Shown here in pieces: positions 35,676-44,783 of a stretch of 64,000 nucleotides of DNA; positions within the stretch are counted from its first letter, which is position 1; each line of letters begins with the position of its first letter. The notes under the pieces are model-generated. The model saw only the letters and a program-made list of their open reading frames with translations. It did not search any database and had not been told where the DNA came from. The stretch lies in IMG/VR virus record IMGVR_UViG_3300036945_000814, positions 43,026-107,025 of that record, one strand, 5' to 3'. Position numbers and translations under genes: made by a program. Source of the stretch: a virus.

Positions 35676-37997
35676 ATGACGACGAACAAGGTCGAAACGA
35701 CAATCGCCTACAAGCTCGATGCCCGCGGCCTTCGGGACGCGAAGCGCGAGCTTGAAAAGTCGTTCAAGCCCGACAGCATCACCGCCCTCAACAGCGCCCT
35801 CAAAGATGCCCGCACGCGGGTGAAGGATCTGAGCGCCGAGTACGCGAACGCGGCGAAGCAGACCGGGGCGATGGCGGAGTTTCCGAAGACGCTCCGCGAG
35901 GGCCTGCGCACGGCGCGCGAGGAGGTCCGGCGGCTGACCGACGACCTCGGCAAGCAGCTCGGCGCCGAGCAAAAGCTGCACGACCTCCGGGTGAAGTCGG
36001 CGATGCTCGCCAAGGTCACGCGCGCGCGGGAACAGCTCGCCGCCGCGGTGGCCGACGGCAAGTTCAAGAAGGGCGGCGCCGGCGTCGGCCGCATGACCGA
36101 CAGCGAGGCCCTGCACGCCGCGTCGGCGATGAACCGGGGCACCGCTTTCCGACAGGGCATCTACCAAGGGCTCGGCGGCCCGATCTCGCAGTTCATGCAG
36201 CGCCGGGACGGCGCGACGACGGCCGAGCAGCGCGCGGAAATGCGCTCGCAGTTCACCGGGCAGATGATCGGCGGCGCGGTATCCACCATCGGCCGCGGGA
36301 CGATGCAGGCCGGCCGCACGGCCCTCAACATGGGCTCGGCGATGGCCGGCGGCGCTGGCCCGATGAGCACCGTGCTCGGGAGCATCCCCTTTCTCGGCGG
36401 CGCGGCGGCGCTGGCCGAAGGCGCCGTCGGCTCTTTCGTCGACCGCCAGCGGGCCAACCTCGGTGCCCTCCCGTTCATGGGCGGGGCCATCGCCGAAAGC
36501 CAAGCTCGGGGCAATGCAGCCCGCGCAGCGGTCATGCGTAGCGGCGCCGCCGGGGATGCCGGCGTCACCGCCGGCGGCCGCGATGCCTTCCTCAACAACA
36601 TGGTCGGCGCAGGCACGGGCGCTCGAAACCGCGCCGCGGCCATGCAGGAGGCCGTTGCGGGCGTCTATGGCAAGCGCCCGGATGCCGACTACGACGTTTT
36701 CAACGACATCCGGGCAGGCAAGGTCGGCGTCTCCCAGATTCCCGGCCTGAGCCCCGGCGAGCGCGCCGAGATCGCCAACGCCGCCCGGACCCGCATCGCC
36801 GACAAGGGCGTGGCCGCCCTCTCCGGGCAGAGCGCCGACCGGGCCGGGCAAGTCGCGCTCGAAGAACACCGCAAGGCCACAGTGAAGCGCGCCGACGAGG
36901 CATACGCCGAAGCCGCGGGCGATCCCTTTGCCGGCGCCAAGGCCGCGGTCCACGGGCTCATGACAGGAACCGAGGCGATCCAAGCAAGCACGGCGTTCAC
37001 GCGGAAAGTCGGGGGCGGCGTCAACGACGATCAGTTCGCCCAAGCCTTCGCCGGCGAAACCCTGTCAGGTGTCGATCAAGGCACGAGCGCGGCCTTGTTC
37101 AAGGCGCAGCGCGCTGGCCGCGGTGGCACATCGAAGAACGAGCGGGACATGCTCGCCAAGGCCATCGGCGCGGCGACGGCGCAGGGCCTCGAAGGGTCCG
37201 AGATCGGCGAGTTTCTGGACGTCATCGCCAGCGCACAGGCGGAGTCTTCGCAGAAGGGCCTTTCCCTCGACACCGACGCGCTCGGCGACATGGCCGTCGC
37301 GCTTTCGCGCGCAGGGCTCGCAGGGCCGCAGGCCGGGCGGGTCATGGCGGGCGTGTCGAGCTTCGCCGAGGACCAGCTCACGAGCGGCGTGAAGGGTCCG
37401 CTCGGCATCGCGCTCATGCGCTCGCAGGGCTTCGATCCAAGCAAAGGCAACTTCCTCGAAACGCGCGCCAAGCTCGCAGGGGGCATGGACGCCGGCGGCT
37501 TGTTCGACTTCCTCAAGCAGATCGCTCCGGGTGAAGGATCCGAGCTGCAAAGAGGGTTCAACATGGAATCCGCGCTGCGCTCGGGAGGCATCAACCTCGG
37601 CCAGCAGGGCGGCGTTTCACTGGCGAACATGGTGAGCGGCGGCAAAGACGCCTTCATGGCTTCCATCGGCGACCGCAAGGGCACGGCCGACGAGCTGCTT
37701 GCCTCAATGGCGATGAAGGATTCTGCGGGCAACGCGACCACGCTCGGGCAGATGACCGGAGGCATCCGGGGGCAGAACGCCGTGCAGGATGCGCTCGTCG
37801 GCGCCGGCGGCGCTGCCGCAGGCAATGTGCAGGCGCTTCAACAGCAGGCGGCGAGCTTGGCGTCGACGCTGGCAACCAAGCTCGACGTTCCCCTGTCCGC
37901 GGTGACAAACGGCGTCATCACGATGTCGAAGAACATCGAGCGGATTCTAGGTTGGATCGACGCAGTCGCGGCCACAGGAAAGAGCGGGATGCCATGA
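35676..37997 (+). CDS. Tape measure protein
   Basis: Ala/Gly-rich helical ~770 aa after the chaperones. Confidence 0.8.
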   Translation: MTTNKVETTIAYKLDARGLRDAKRELEKSFKPDSITALNSALKDARTRVKDLSAEYANAAKQTGAMAEFPKTLREGLRTAREEVRRLTDDLGKQLGAEQKLHDLRVKSAMLAKVTRAREQLAAAVADGKFKKGGAGVGRMTDSEALHAASAMNRGTAFRQGIYQGLGGPISQFMQRRDGATTAEQRAEMRSQFTGQMIGGAVSTIGRGTMQAGRTALNMGSAMAGGAGPMSTVLGSIPFLGGAAALAEGAVGSFVDRQRANLGALPFMGGAIAESQARGNAARAAVMRSGAAGDAGVTAGGRDAFLNNMVGAGTGARNRAAAMQEAVAGVYGKRPDADYDVFNDIRAGKVGVSQIPGLSPGERAEIANAARTRIADKGVAALSGQSADRAGQVALEEHRKATVKRADEAYAEAAGDPFAGAKAAVHGLMTGTEAIQASTAFTRKVGGGVNDDQFAQAFAGETLSGVDQGTSAALFKAQRAGRGGTSKNERDMLAKAIGAATAQGLEGSEIGEFLDVIASAQAESSQKGLSLDTDALGDMAVALSRAGLAGPQAGRVMAGVSSFAEDQLTSGVKGPLGIALMRSQGFDPSKGNFLETRAKLAGGMDAGGLFDFLKQIAPGEGSELQRGFNMESALRSGGINLGQQGGVSLANMVSGGKDAFMASIGDRKGTADELLASMAMKDSAGNATTLGQMTGGIRGQNAVQDALVGAGGAAAGNVQALQQQAASLASTLATKLDVPLSAVTNGVITMSKNIERILGWIDAVAATGKSGMP

Positions 37998-39538
37998 CGC
38001 GAACCCCGATCACGCCAGCCCCTCGCTACCTCTCGTTCACGACGAGGTGCTTCGCGCGCGTCTACAGGCACGACGGCGAGCCGCTTGACCTCAAGGCCCA
38101 CATCGAACACGGCAAGGTCGAAGGCGCGCCGACCATCATCGCCTGCACGACCAGCAAGACGCTCGCAGCGGCGAGCGGGACGTTCTCGCTCACCCTCCGC
38201 CTGCCGCACGACTACCCCATCCGCGACGAGATCCGCAACGCGGATTGGATCTCGATCTGGTGGCAGCGTGGCGACCAGACCTTCCACGGGATGCTCGGGA
38301 ACATCGACGGCGTGCGCCGCTCACGCGGCGTCTCGGAGGGAGCGACCACCGAAGATTGGATCGTGAACGGTCGCGACGTCGGCAAGGTGTTCGAGACGGC
38401 CGAAGTCTGGTTCAACGAGTACGCGAAGTTCGAGACGAACGTCGGCGGCCAGATTTTCGGCGGCCGCCTCAACTACATCCCCGGCGGCTCCCCTGACCGC
38501 GTCGTCGAGAATCTGATCTCCGCCTTCATCGGCGGAGACGGCAACGTCGGGGGCGCGTGGCGCTGGCCGCAGGGCTTGCGCGGCCGCTTCGGCACCTTCG
38601 TCGCCGACGGGCTCAAGCTCCGCATCCTCGGGACAAAGGAGCGGCGCGCGACCACGATCACCATCGGCGACTCGTTCGTGCTGGCAGGCGGCGCCGGCCT
38701 TCTCCGCGGCGAAATGATCGATCAGGTGAGCCTCTTTCAGCCCGAGGTCGGCACCAAGCTGCACGACATGGTCACGCAATGGTCGAACCCGGTCCTCAAC
38801 GAGCTGTACTACGACCTCTACACCGAGGACGACGCGGAGAGCCCGCCCGACCGACCGAAGCCGATGGTGTTCTTGCGCGAGCGCCCTTTCGTCAACAGCA
38901 TCCAAGGCATCGACTCGCCGTGGTTCAAGATCCCCACCGTGCGCGTCGACCGGAGCGAATGCGGACCCGACGACCTTGGATCGAGCGACCAAGAGCGGGT
39001 CAACATGATCATGCTCTACGCGCGCTCGTCACAGAACACGCAGGCCGAGCAGTTTGCGGCCTACCCGCCAGCGATCGACCAGCTCGACGCTCAAGTCGCA
39101 GGGCTCCGGCGGTGGGAGCGCACGATCGACTTCGCTGGCATCGGATCGACGGGCACGGGCGTCTCGTGGGGCGAGGAGATCAAGACGTGGGAAACGCTCT
39201 TGCAGTCGTGGTACGGGCTCAACCATGAGTGGTTGAATGGATCGGTCAACTTCAACTTCATTCTCGCCGAAGCGCGGATCGGATATCGCCTCATCATGCA
39301 AGGCAAGGCCGACGAGGACACAACGCAGGCGTACATCGAGGGCGTCTCGACGTCGTGGCGGTACCCGAGCGGCGGCACGACGTCGCTTTCGCTCACGCGC
39401 GGTTTCATCGGCTCCGACGCCGAGCTTGTGCGCGCTGTGAAGGCGAAGCAGGAACGCTTCGCCCGCCCTGTGCTCGTGGGCACGGGCGACTTTGTCGGGC
39501 CGTCGGCCGGGCCGGGCGCGCCGGAGGTCACGGTATGA
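37994..39538 (+). CDS. Baseplate hub protein
   Basis: ATGA overlap; SGTFSLTL..GRDVGK..YIEGVSTSW..TTSLSLTRG. Confidence 0.7.
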   Translation: MTRTPITPAPRYLSFTTRCFARVYRHDGEPLDLKAHIEHGKVEGAPTIIACTTSKTLAAASGTFSLTLRLPHDYPIRDEIRNADWISIWWQRGDQTFHGMLGNIDGVRRSRGVSEGATTEDWIVNGRDVGKVFETAEVWFNEYAKFETNVGGQIFGGRLNYIPGGSPDRVVENLISAFIGGDGNVGGAWRWPQGLRGRFGTFVADGLKLRILGTKERRATTITIGDSFVLAGGAGLLRGEMIDQVSLFQPEVGTKLHDMVTQWSNPVLNELYYDLYTEDDAESPPDRPKPMVFLRERPFVNSIQGIDSPWFKIPTVRVDRSECGPDDLGSSDQERVNMIMLYARSSQNTQAEQFAAYPPAIDQLDAQVAGLRRWERTIDFAGIGSTGTGVSWGEEIKTWETLLQSWYGLNHEWLNGSVNFNFILAEARIGYRLIMQGKADEDTTQAYIEGVSTSWRYPSGGTTSLSLTRGFIGSDAELVRAVKAKQERFARPVLVGTGDFVGPSAGPGAPEVTV

Positions 39539-40587
39539 AGGCGACGCAAGTCGGGCTCGGCAACCCGAAGTCGTTTTCGACTCCCGTGGTTCGCGGCGTC
39601 GTCGTCGCCGTCTATTTCTCCGACGGACAGCAAGAGCGCGTCGAAGCAGTCAGGCAGCAAGATCCAAAGTTCTACGGGATGAAAAGCGTCGCGGTGGACG
39701 TGCTCACCTACGGCGGCCGCTTTCGTTCGTACTTGCAGAAGGTCGTCGTCGTCCCCCGGCGGCACGCGCTCAACGACTACGACGGGCTTTGGATCCCGCG
39801 GGCCGCGACCATCGACTTGAGCACGGGCGACGCGCCGATCTACGACAACAAGGACGGCACGCCGTCGGACCCGCGCGACCTCGACGGTGACCACGTCCTC
39901 GTCGAGTTTCTGGAGAACGATCCAAGGCAGCCGTTCATCCGCGACGAGCTGCCCCACCCGCGAACCAACTACACGCAGGTCAAAGCCGCCGGCGACGCCG
40001 TCGAAAGCCGATTCCGCGGCGTCGTCACGCGCATCGACACCGACGGCAACGTCACGCTCGACACGACGAAGGCCAACAGCGGCGCCGTGAATGCACAAGG
40101 CGCTGAAACGTCCGCCCTCGACGCGACGCACGGCAAGGTCACTGTGCGGATGGGCCGCCTCGCCACGTTCACGCTCATCGGCCTCGACGACGCCGGCGGC
40201 GCCGAGACGTTCAAGGTCGACATCGACCCGGCGGCCAAGAAGTTTCGCATCCGCCTCGACGCCGGCGCCGCCCTCGACCTCACCGACAAGGACGGCAACA
40301 CCGTCACGCTGCTCGGGAACGCCACCGTCAAGGCCGTGCGTGAGGATCTGCTCAACACGCTGTGGGGGCAGCTCAAGGTCTACCTCGACGCCCACGTCCA
40401 TCCCGAGGCGGCGCTCCGGGCCGCCTTGGGCGTGGCCGGCGTTGACCCGACCTTGGTCGGCCTCGCACCGCTGGCCGCCGCCGGGCTCGTCACCGCGAGC
40501 GCGAGCCCGCCAACCCCGCCGGCCGCTCCTGCGCCAGCGTGGGATCCCGCCATCGGCTCGAACAAGCTCAAGTTCCCCGCGGGATGA
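39535..40587 (+). CDS. Baseplate central spike (gpV/gp45-like)
   Basis: OB-fold-like DGDHVLVEFL..QPFI, beta-repeat region, HxH tip motif (AHVHP). Confidence 0.75.
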   Translation: MKATQVGLGNPKSFSTPVVRGVVVAVYFSDGQQERVEAVRQQDPKFYGMKSVAVDVLTYGGRFRSYLQKVVVVPRRHALNDYDGLWIPRAATIDLSTGDAPIYDNKDGTPSDPRDLDGDHVLVEFLENDPRQPFIRDELPHPRTNYTQVKAAGDAVESRFRGVVTRIDTDGNVTLDTTKANSGAVNAQGAETSALDATHGKVTVRMGRLATFTLIGLDDAGGAETFKVDIDPAAKKFRIRLDAGAALDLTDKDGNTVTLLGNATVKAVREDLLNTLWGQLKVYLDAHVHPEAALRAALGVAGVDPTLVGLAPLAAAGLVTASASPPTPPAAPAPAWDPAIGSNKLKFPAG

Positions 40588-40622
40588 GGGCAGCGTAGGC
40601 TCGGGGCAGAAGGAGGTAGCGC

Positions 40623-42413
40623 ATGGGGCTCTTTGAGCAACTTCGGGAGGACGTGCGGGCCTCGGACGCGGCCGCGGTGCTGGCGGGCAAGGTGCCCCGC
40701 CTCGGCCCCGACGATCGCTACACGCAGCCCGGCAGCTACGCCTTCACCCTGCACACCGGCGAGGGCGAGACGGTCTTTCCGCTCGTCCTCAACCCAATGA
40801 ACCTCCGCAAGACGCACCCGTTCGCTGTCGAGCTGACGCCGACGCAGGAAAGCGGCGTCATGGCCGAAGAGAACGGCGTGCTCATTTCCGAGCTGACGAT
40901 CTCCGGCCACACCGGCGTGCGACCCAAGGAAAGCAAGCTCGACGGCGCGCCGCCCATCGCCCTCTCAGGGCAAGCGCATTTTCTGTGGCTGCAAGACGCT
41001 TGCTTTCTCGAATACTCGCGCCTGAAAAAAGATCCAAAGACTGCCGCGAAGACGTGGATGTCGTTCCACAACTTCAAGGATTCAGAGCATTGGGTTTGCG
41101 TCCCGCGAAGCCTCACCTTGGATCGCAATCAGGGCAAAAACTTCTACTACAACTACACGATCGCCGTCTCGCTCATCGAGCAGATCGAGAACCAAAGCAA
41201 GGCGCCCTCCGAGGACAACGAGCTTTTCTCGGCGATGAAAGACGCGATCCGAAACATCGCCCTCGCCGTCGCCACCATCCAAGGTGTCGTCACAGACATC
41301 GAGAAGATCGAGTCGGTGATCAGCGGGACCGTGACGGGCGTGCTCGCCAACGTCACGGCCATGCTCGGCTTCGTCAATGCGTTCGTCACGGGGCAGTCGA
41401 CGTTCATCCGCTTCCCGCAACGCGCCATGCTCACCCTCGCGACCGACATCGACACGATCATGCAGCTCGCAGATCCGAACAAGGTTCTGTCGCTGCCTTA
41501 CGACTACGTCTCGGCGTTCCTCGAAATGCAGGACGGGATCCTGCGGCTGGCCGCCTACCCCGAGAAGTTTTCCGAAGACTTCACCTCGGCAGGCGAGCGC
41601 CTTCGGCAACTGACGCTCGGCCCCGCAGCCTTCGACGCCGCAGACCTCGACGCCGCGGCCGCCAGCTCCATCACGCAGGCGACGCAGCTTGAGGACAGCG
41701 GGCTTCGCCCCGGTGACCGTGCGCGAGTCGATGCCGGCCTTTTCACCCTGCCTGTGACCTTCCCTCGCTACCTCGGCTTCCGCGAGATCAGCGTGGCCCA
41801 CGGTGACAGCCTGCCGTCGATTGCAGCGCGTGAGCTGGGCGACGCCCGCCGGTGGCTCGACCTCGCCGTCGCGAACGCGCTCAAGGCGCCCTATATCTCC
41901 GACGAGGGCCTGCCGTTCACGCTCCGCCCCGGAGCGCCCATCCTCATCCCCACAACCGAGGCCAACCAAGCCGCGGACACCGTGCGGACAGCCGGCGACC
42001 CCGAGGACGGCGCCTCGCAGCTCGACGCCCTCTTCGGCTCCGACTTCGCCCTCGCGCCGCAGGTGGACGGCACCTACGACTTCGTCGTCGACCCCGGCAC
42101 GTTGACGGATCTCGTCGTTGTGAGCGGCGTCTCGAACATCGAGCAGGCGATCAACACGATCTTGTCGACGGACAGGGGCAGCTACTTGCTGCACCTCAAC
42201 GTCGGGATCGCACGCATCATCGGACGGCCCGGCACCGTCGAGCGCGTCATCGAGGCCCGAGCCCGCGTCATCGAGGCCGTGCAACGGGATCCGCGCGTCG
42301 CCAAGGTCAAGAACGCAAGTTTCAAGCTGGCGGGCGATGCGCTTGAGATTGGCCTCGAAGTCGACACCGTCGACTCAAGCCCGATCCGAGTCATCGGCCG
42401 CGTGATCAGCTAG
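40623..42413 (+). CDS. Fused baseplate protein: tube-initiator-like + LysM + gpW/gp25-like
   Basis: FPLVLNP..TPTQ..ISGHTG (N-term); HGDSLPSIAARELGDARRW (LysM-like); NIEQAI..DRGS..QRDPRV (gp25-like). Confidence 0.7.
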   Translation: MGLFEQLREDVRASDAAAVLAGKVPRLGPDDRYTQPGSYAFTLHTGEGETVFPLVLNPMNLRKTHPFAVELTPTQESGVMAEENGVLISELTISGHTGVRPKESKLDGAPPIALSGQAHFLWLQDACFLEYSRLKKDPKTAAKTWMSFHNFKDSEHWVCVPRSLTLDRNQGKNFYYNYTIAVSLIEQIENQSKAPSEDNELFSAMKDAIRNIALAVATIQGVVTDIEKIESVISGTVTGVLANVTAMLGFVNAFVTGQSTFIRFPQRAMLTLATDIDTIMQLADPNKVLSLPYDYVSAFLEMQDGILRLAAYPEKFSEDFTSAGERLRQLTLGPAAFDAADLDAAAASSITQATQLEDSGLRPGDRARVDAGLFTLPVTFPRYLGFREISVAHGDSLPSIAARELGDARRWLDLAVANALKAPYISDEGLPFTLRPGAPILIPTTEANQAADTVRTAGDPEDGASQLDALFGSDFALAPQVDGTYDFVVDPGTLTDLVVVSGVSNIEQAINTILSTDRGSYLLHLNVGIARIIGRPGTVERVIEARARVIEAVQRDPRVAKVKNASFKLAGDALEIGLEVDTVDSSPIRVIGRVIS

Positions 42414-42423
42414 AGGATCCAAC

Positions 42424-43824
42424 ATGGCGAAGTTCATCCCGAAGACCTACGAGCAGATTTTGCAGCGCGAGATTGATCGCGCCGTCGCGCGATCCACCCT
42501 CTCGGATCTCACCGAGACGAGCGCGCTCAAGGCCGTGCTCGCCGCGACGGCGCGCGAGGTCGCCGACGCCTACTTCCAGATGAAGAACCTGATCGATCTG
42601 TTTTCGATCGACCGGGCCGCCGGCGCCGACCTCGACGAGCGCGCCAAGGACTACAACCCCGCCGTCATTTCCCGCATCTTGGCGACCGTGGCGGTGGGCA
42701 ACCTCGTCTTCACACGCGCCATCGCCGGCCCGATCGTCGTTCCCGCGGGCACGCGCGTCGAGGTGCCGGGATCCAACCCCGCCATCGTCGCCGTGACGCA
42801 AGCCCCGGTGAACATCGTGTCGGGCACCACGAGCGGCAACGTGTCGAGCACGATGGAGCTGGCGGGCCTCCGGGGCAACGTGGCGGCCGCCACGCTCACC
42901 AAGTTCAAGGGCCTCCGACCGTCCGGCGTGGACGCTGTGACGAACCCCGCAGGCTTCGTGGGCGGCGCCGACAAGGAAACCGACGACAGCTTCCGCGCGC
43001 GCATCAAGGCGTTCGTCTCGACCCTGTCGCGCTGCACGCCGCAGGCCCTTGAGGTCGCGGCGAAGCTCGTGCAGATGCCCTCCGGCCAGCGCATCGTCTT
43101 CGCCAAGACCGTCGAAGACCCGATCAAGCTCGGGCTCGTCTACCTGTTTGTCGACGACGGCACGGGCGCCGCTCAAACGACCGACAGCGGCACGGGTGAA
43201 GTGCTCACCGTCGGCGTGGAGTACCCCGGCGACGTCGCTCAAGGCGGCGAGCAGTACCTCTACACCGACAACTTCCCGATCCTCGAAAGCGCCACGATCA
43301 ACGTCGTGCGCCTCGCCGGCCCGACCACGCTCACCCGCGACGATCCCGGCCCCGACGGCTACCGCCTCAACCCGGCGTCGGGGCAGATTTACCTCAACAC
43401 GCCGCTCGTTGCCGGGCAGAGCGTGACGATCGACTACACATGGATCACGGGCATCGTGAAAGAAGTGCAGAAGGTCATCGACGGCGACGTGCTGGACCCG
43501 GTCAACTATCCCGGCTGGCGCGCCGCGGGCGTGCTCGTGGTGACGCGCGTGCCGACCGTGCTGTCGGTCGTCATCGTCGCGAACATCACCGTGCTCGACG
43601 GCTACAGCCAAGCCACCGTCGGCGCCAACGTCGAAACCGAGCTGGCGGCCTACGTCAACAGCCTCGGGATCGGCAACGACGTCGTCTTCGCCGAAATGGT
43701 GCAGCGCGCGATGGGCGTTGAAGGCATGTACGACATCGCCATCACGGCACCTCTGAGCAACATCGTCGTTCTCGACGATCAGCTTCCGCGCACCAACACC
43801 GTCACCGACATCACGATCACATGA
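42424..43824 (+). CDS. Baseplate wedge protein, gpJ-like
   Basis: AGADLDERA..GNV..VTNPAGFVGGADKETDDSFRARI. Confidence 0.88.
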   Translation: MAKFIPKTYEQILQREIDRAVARSTLSDLTETSALKAVLAATAREVADAYFQMKNLIDLFSIDRAAGADLDERAKDYNPAVISRILATVAVGNLVFTRAIAGPIVVPAGTRVEVPGSNPAIVAVTQAPVNIVSGTTSGNVSSTMELAGLRGNVAAATLTKFKGLRPSGVDAVTNPAGFVGGADKETDDSFRARIKAFVSTLSRCTPQALEVAAKLVQMPSGQRIVFAKTVEDPIKLGLVYLFVDDGTGAAQTTDSGTGEVLTVGVEYPGDVAQGGEQYLYTDNFPILESATINVVRLAGPTTLTRDDPGPDGYRLNPASGQIYLNTPLVAGQSVTIDYTWITGIVKEVQKVIDGDVLDPVNYPGWRAAGVLVVTRVPTVLSVVIVANITVLDGYSQATVGANVETELAAYVNSLGIGNDVVFAEMVQRAMGVEGMYDIAITAPLSNIVVLDDQLPRTNTVTDITIT

Positions 43825-44774
43825 CGTTTAGCCGTACCAAGATCACCACGTCGAACGACACGGATCTTCCCCGTGTCGTCCACCTTGGATTGAACGTGAT
43901 CTGGTACGTCTATCGCCGCGCCGATCGCAAGCTCTACCTGCAACGGGAAGCCGCCGGCGCGCGTGGCGCCGAAGTCGAGATCGCACAGTTTGTGTCGGCC
44001 GTCGACGTCGCCATCGACCCCGGCGGCCTCAAGGCTTGGATCTACTTCGTCACCGACGGCTCGTTGCGTCGCATCGAAGTGACGACGACGTCGGAAACGC
44101 CATCGACGCAGGCGGTGCAGCGCAATGACGGATGGTACGAGCGCGTCCTCGTGCGCCCGTCGATGGGCACCGACAGCGCCTTCACGCCGACAGAGATCGG
44201 AGCGCCGACCATCGCTCTTTTCGATTCAGGGTCGCCGCTGACGAGAACGCTCGTCGCTATCCCACCGTCGGTGAACATCGGCCGCGTGAGCTTCCTGCGG
44301 ATCTACCGCGCCCTGTCGATCGCTGGAGCCGGCTTCCAGCTCTACGCTACGCTGCCCCTCCTCGGGGCGCCCTACGCCGTCGTCGACGTCCCCGCGGCGA
44401 CGAGCCCCGCGGCGCCGGTGTCGTGGATTGCTGACGCTGTGCGCGACGAAAGTGGCCGATACCTCGTGTCGCGATTCTCCAGCGTGGTTGTCGACAAGGC
44501 GCAAGCCGATGGCGACATTGTGCGGATGCGCTTGAGCATGGGATCGGAGTCTGGGTGGACTTCGGTCGATCGACCGCCGATCAAGTTTGCTGCACCGACG
44601 GACAGCTACCCCTTCGCAGGTCCGAGCATGGGATCGGAGTCTGGGTGGACTTCGGTCGATCGGCCGCCGATCAAGTTCGCTGCACCGACGGACAGCTACC
44701 TATTTGCAGGCGTTCCGAGCATGGGATCGGATTCGCGATGGACCTCAAACGGCATTGACGTGCTGAACCCGTAG
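43821..44774 (+). CDS. Hypothetical virion protein with C-terminal tandem repeat
   Basis: ATGA overlap, 317 aa. Confidence 0.65.
   Translation: MTFSRTKITTSNDTDLPRVVHLGLNVIWYVYRRADRKLYLQREAAGARGAEVEIAQFVSAVDVAIDPGGLKAWIYFVTDGSLRRIEVTTTSETPSTQAVQRNDGWYERVLVRPSMGTDSAFTPTEIGAPTIALFDSGSPLTRTLVAIPPSVNIGRVSFLRIYRALSIAGAGFQLYATLPLLGAPYAVVDVPAATSPAAPVSWIADAVRDESGRYLVSRFSSVVVDKAQADGDIVRMRLSMGSESGWTSVDRPPIKFAAPTDSYPFAGPSMGSESGWTSVDRPPIKFAAPTDSYLFAGVPSMGSDSRWTSNGIDVLNP
44534..44750 (+). repeat. ~90-bp tandem repeat, ~2.4 copies (SMGSESGWTSVDRPPIKFAAPTDSY)
   Basis: Units begin GAGCATGGGATCGGA at 44534, 44624 and 44717. Confidence 0.9.
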
Positions 44775-44783
44775 GATGGATCT

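Noticed and set aside
44534-44750. Tandem repeat considered as a CRISPR array or DGR template/variable repeat
   Set aside because: Units are contiguous, in frame and without spacers; differences are not adenine-specific; no cas or reverse transcriptase gene was seen.
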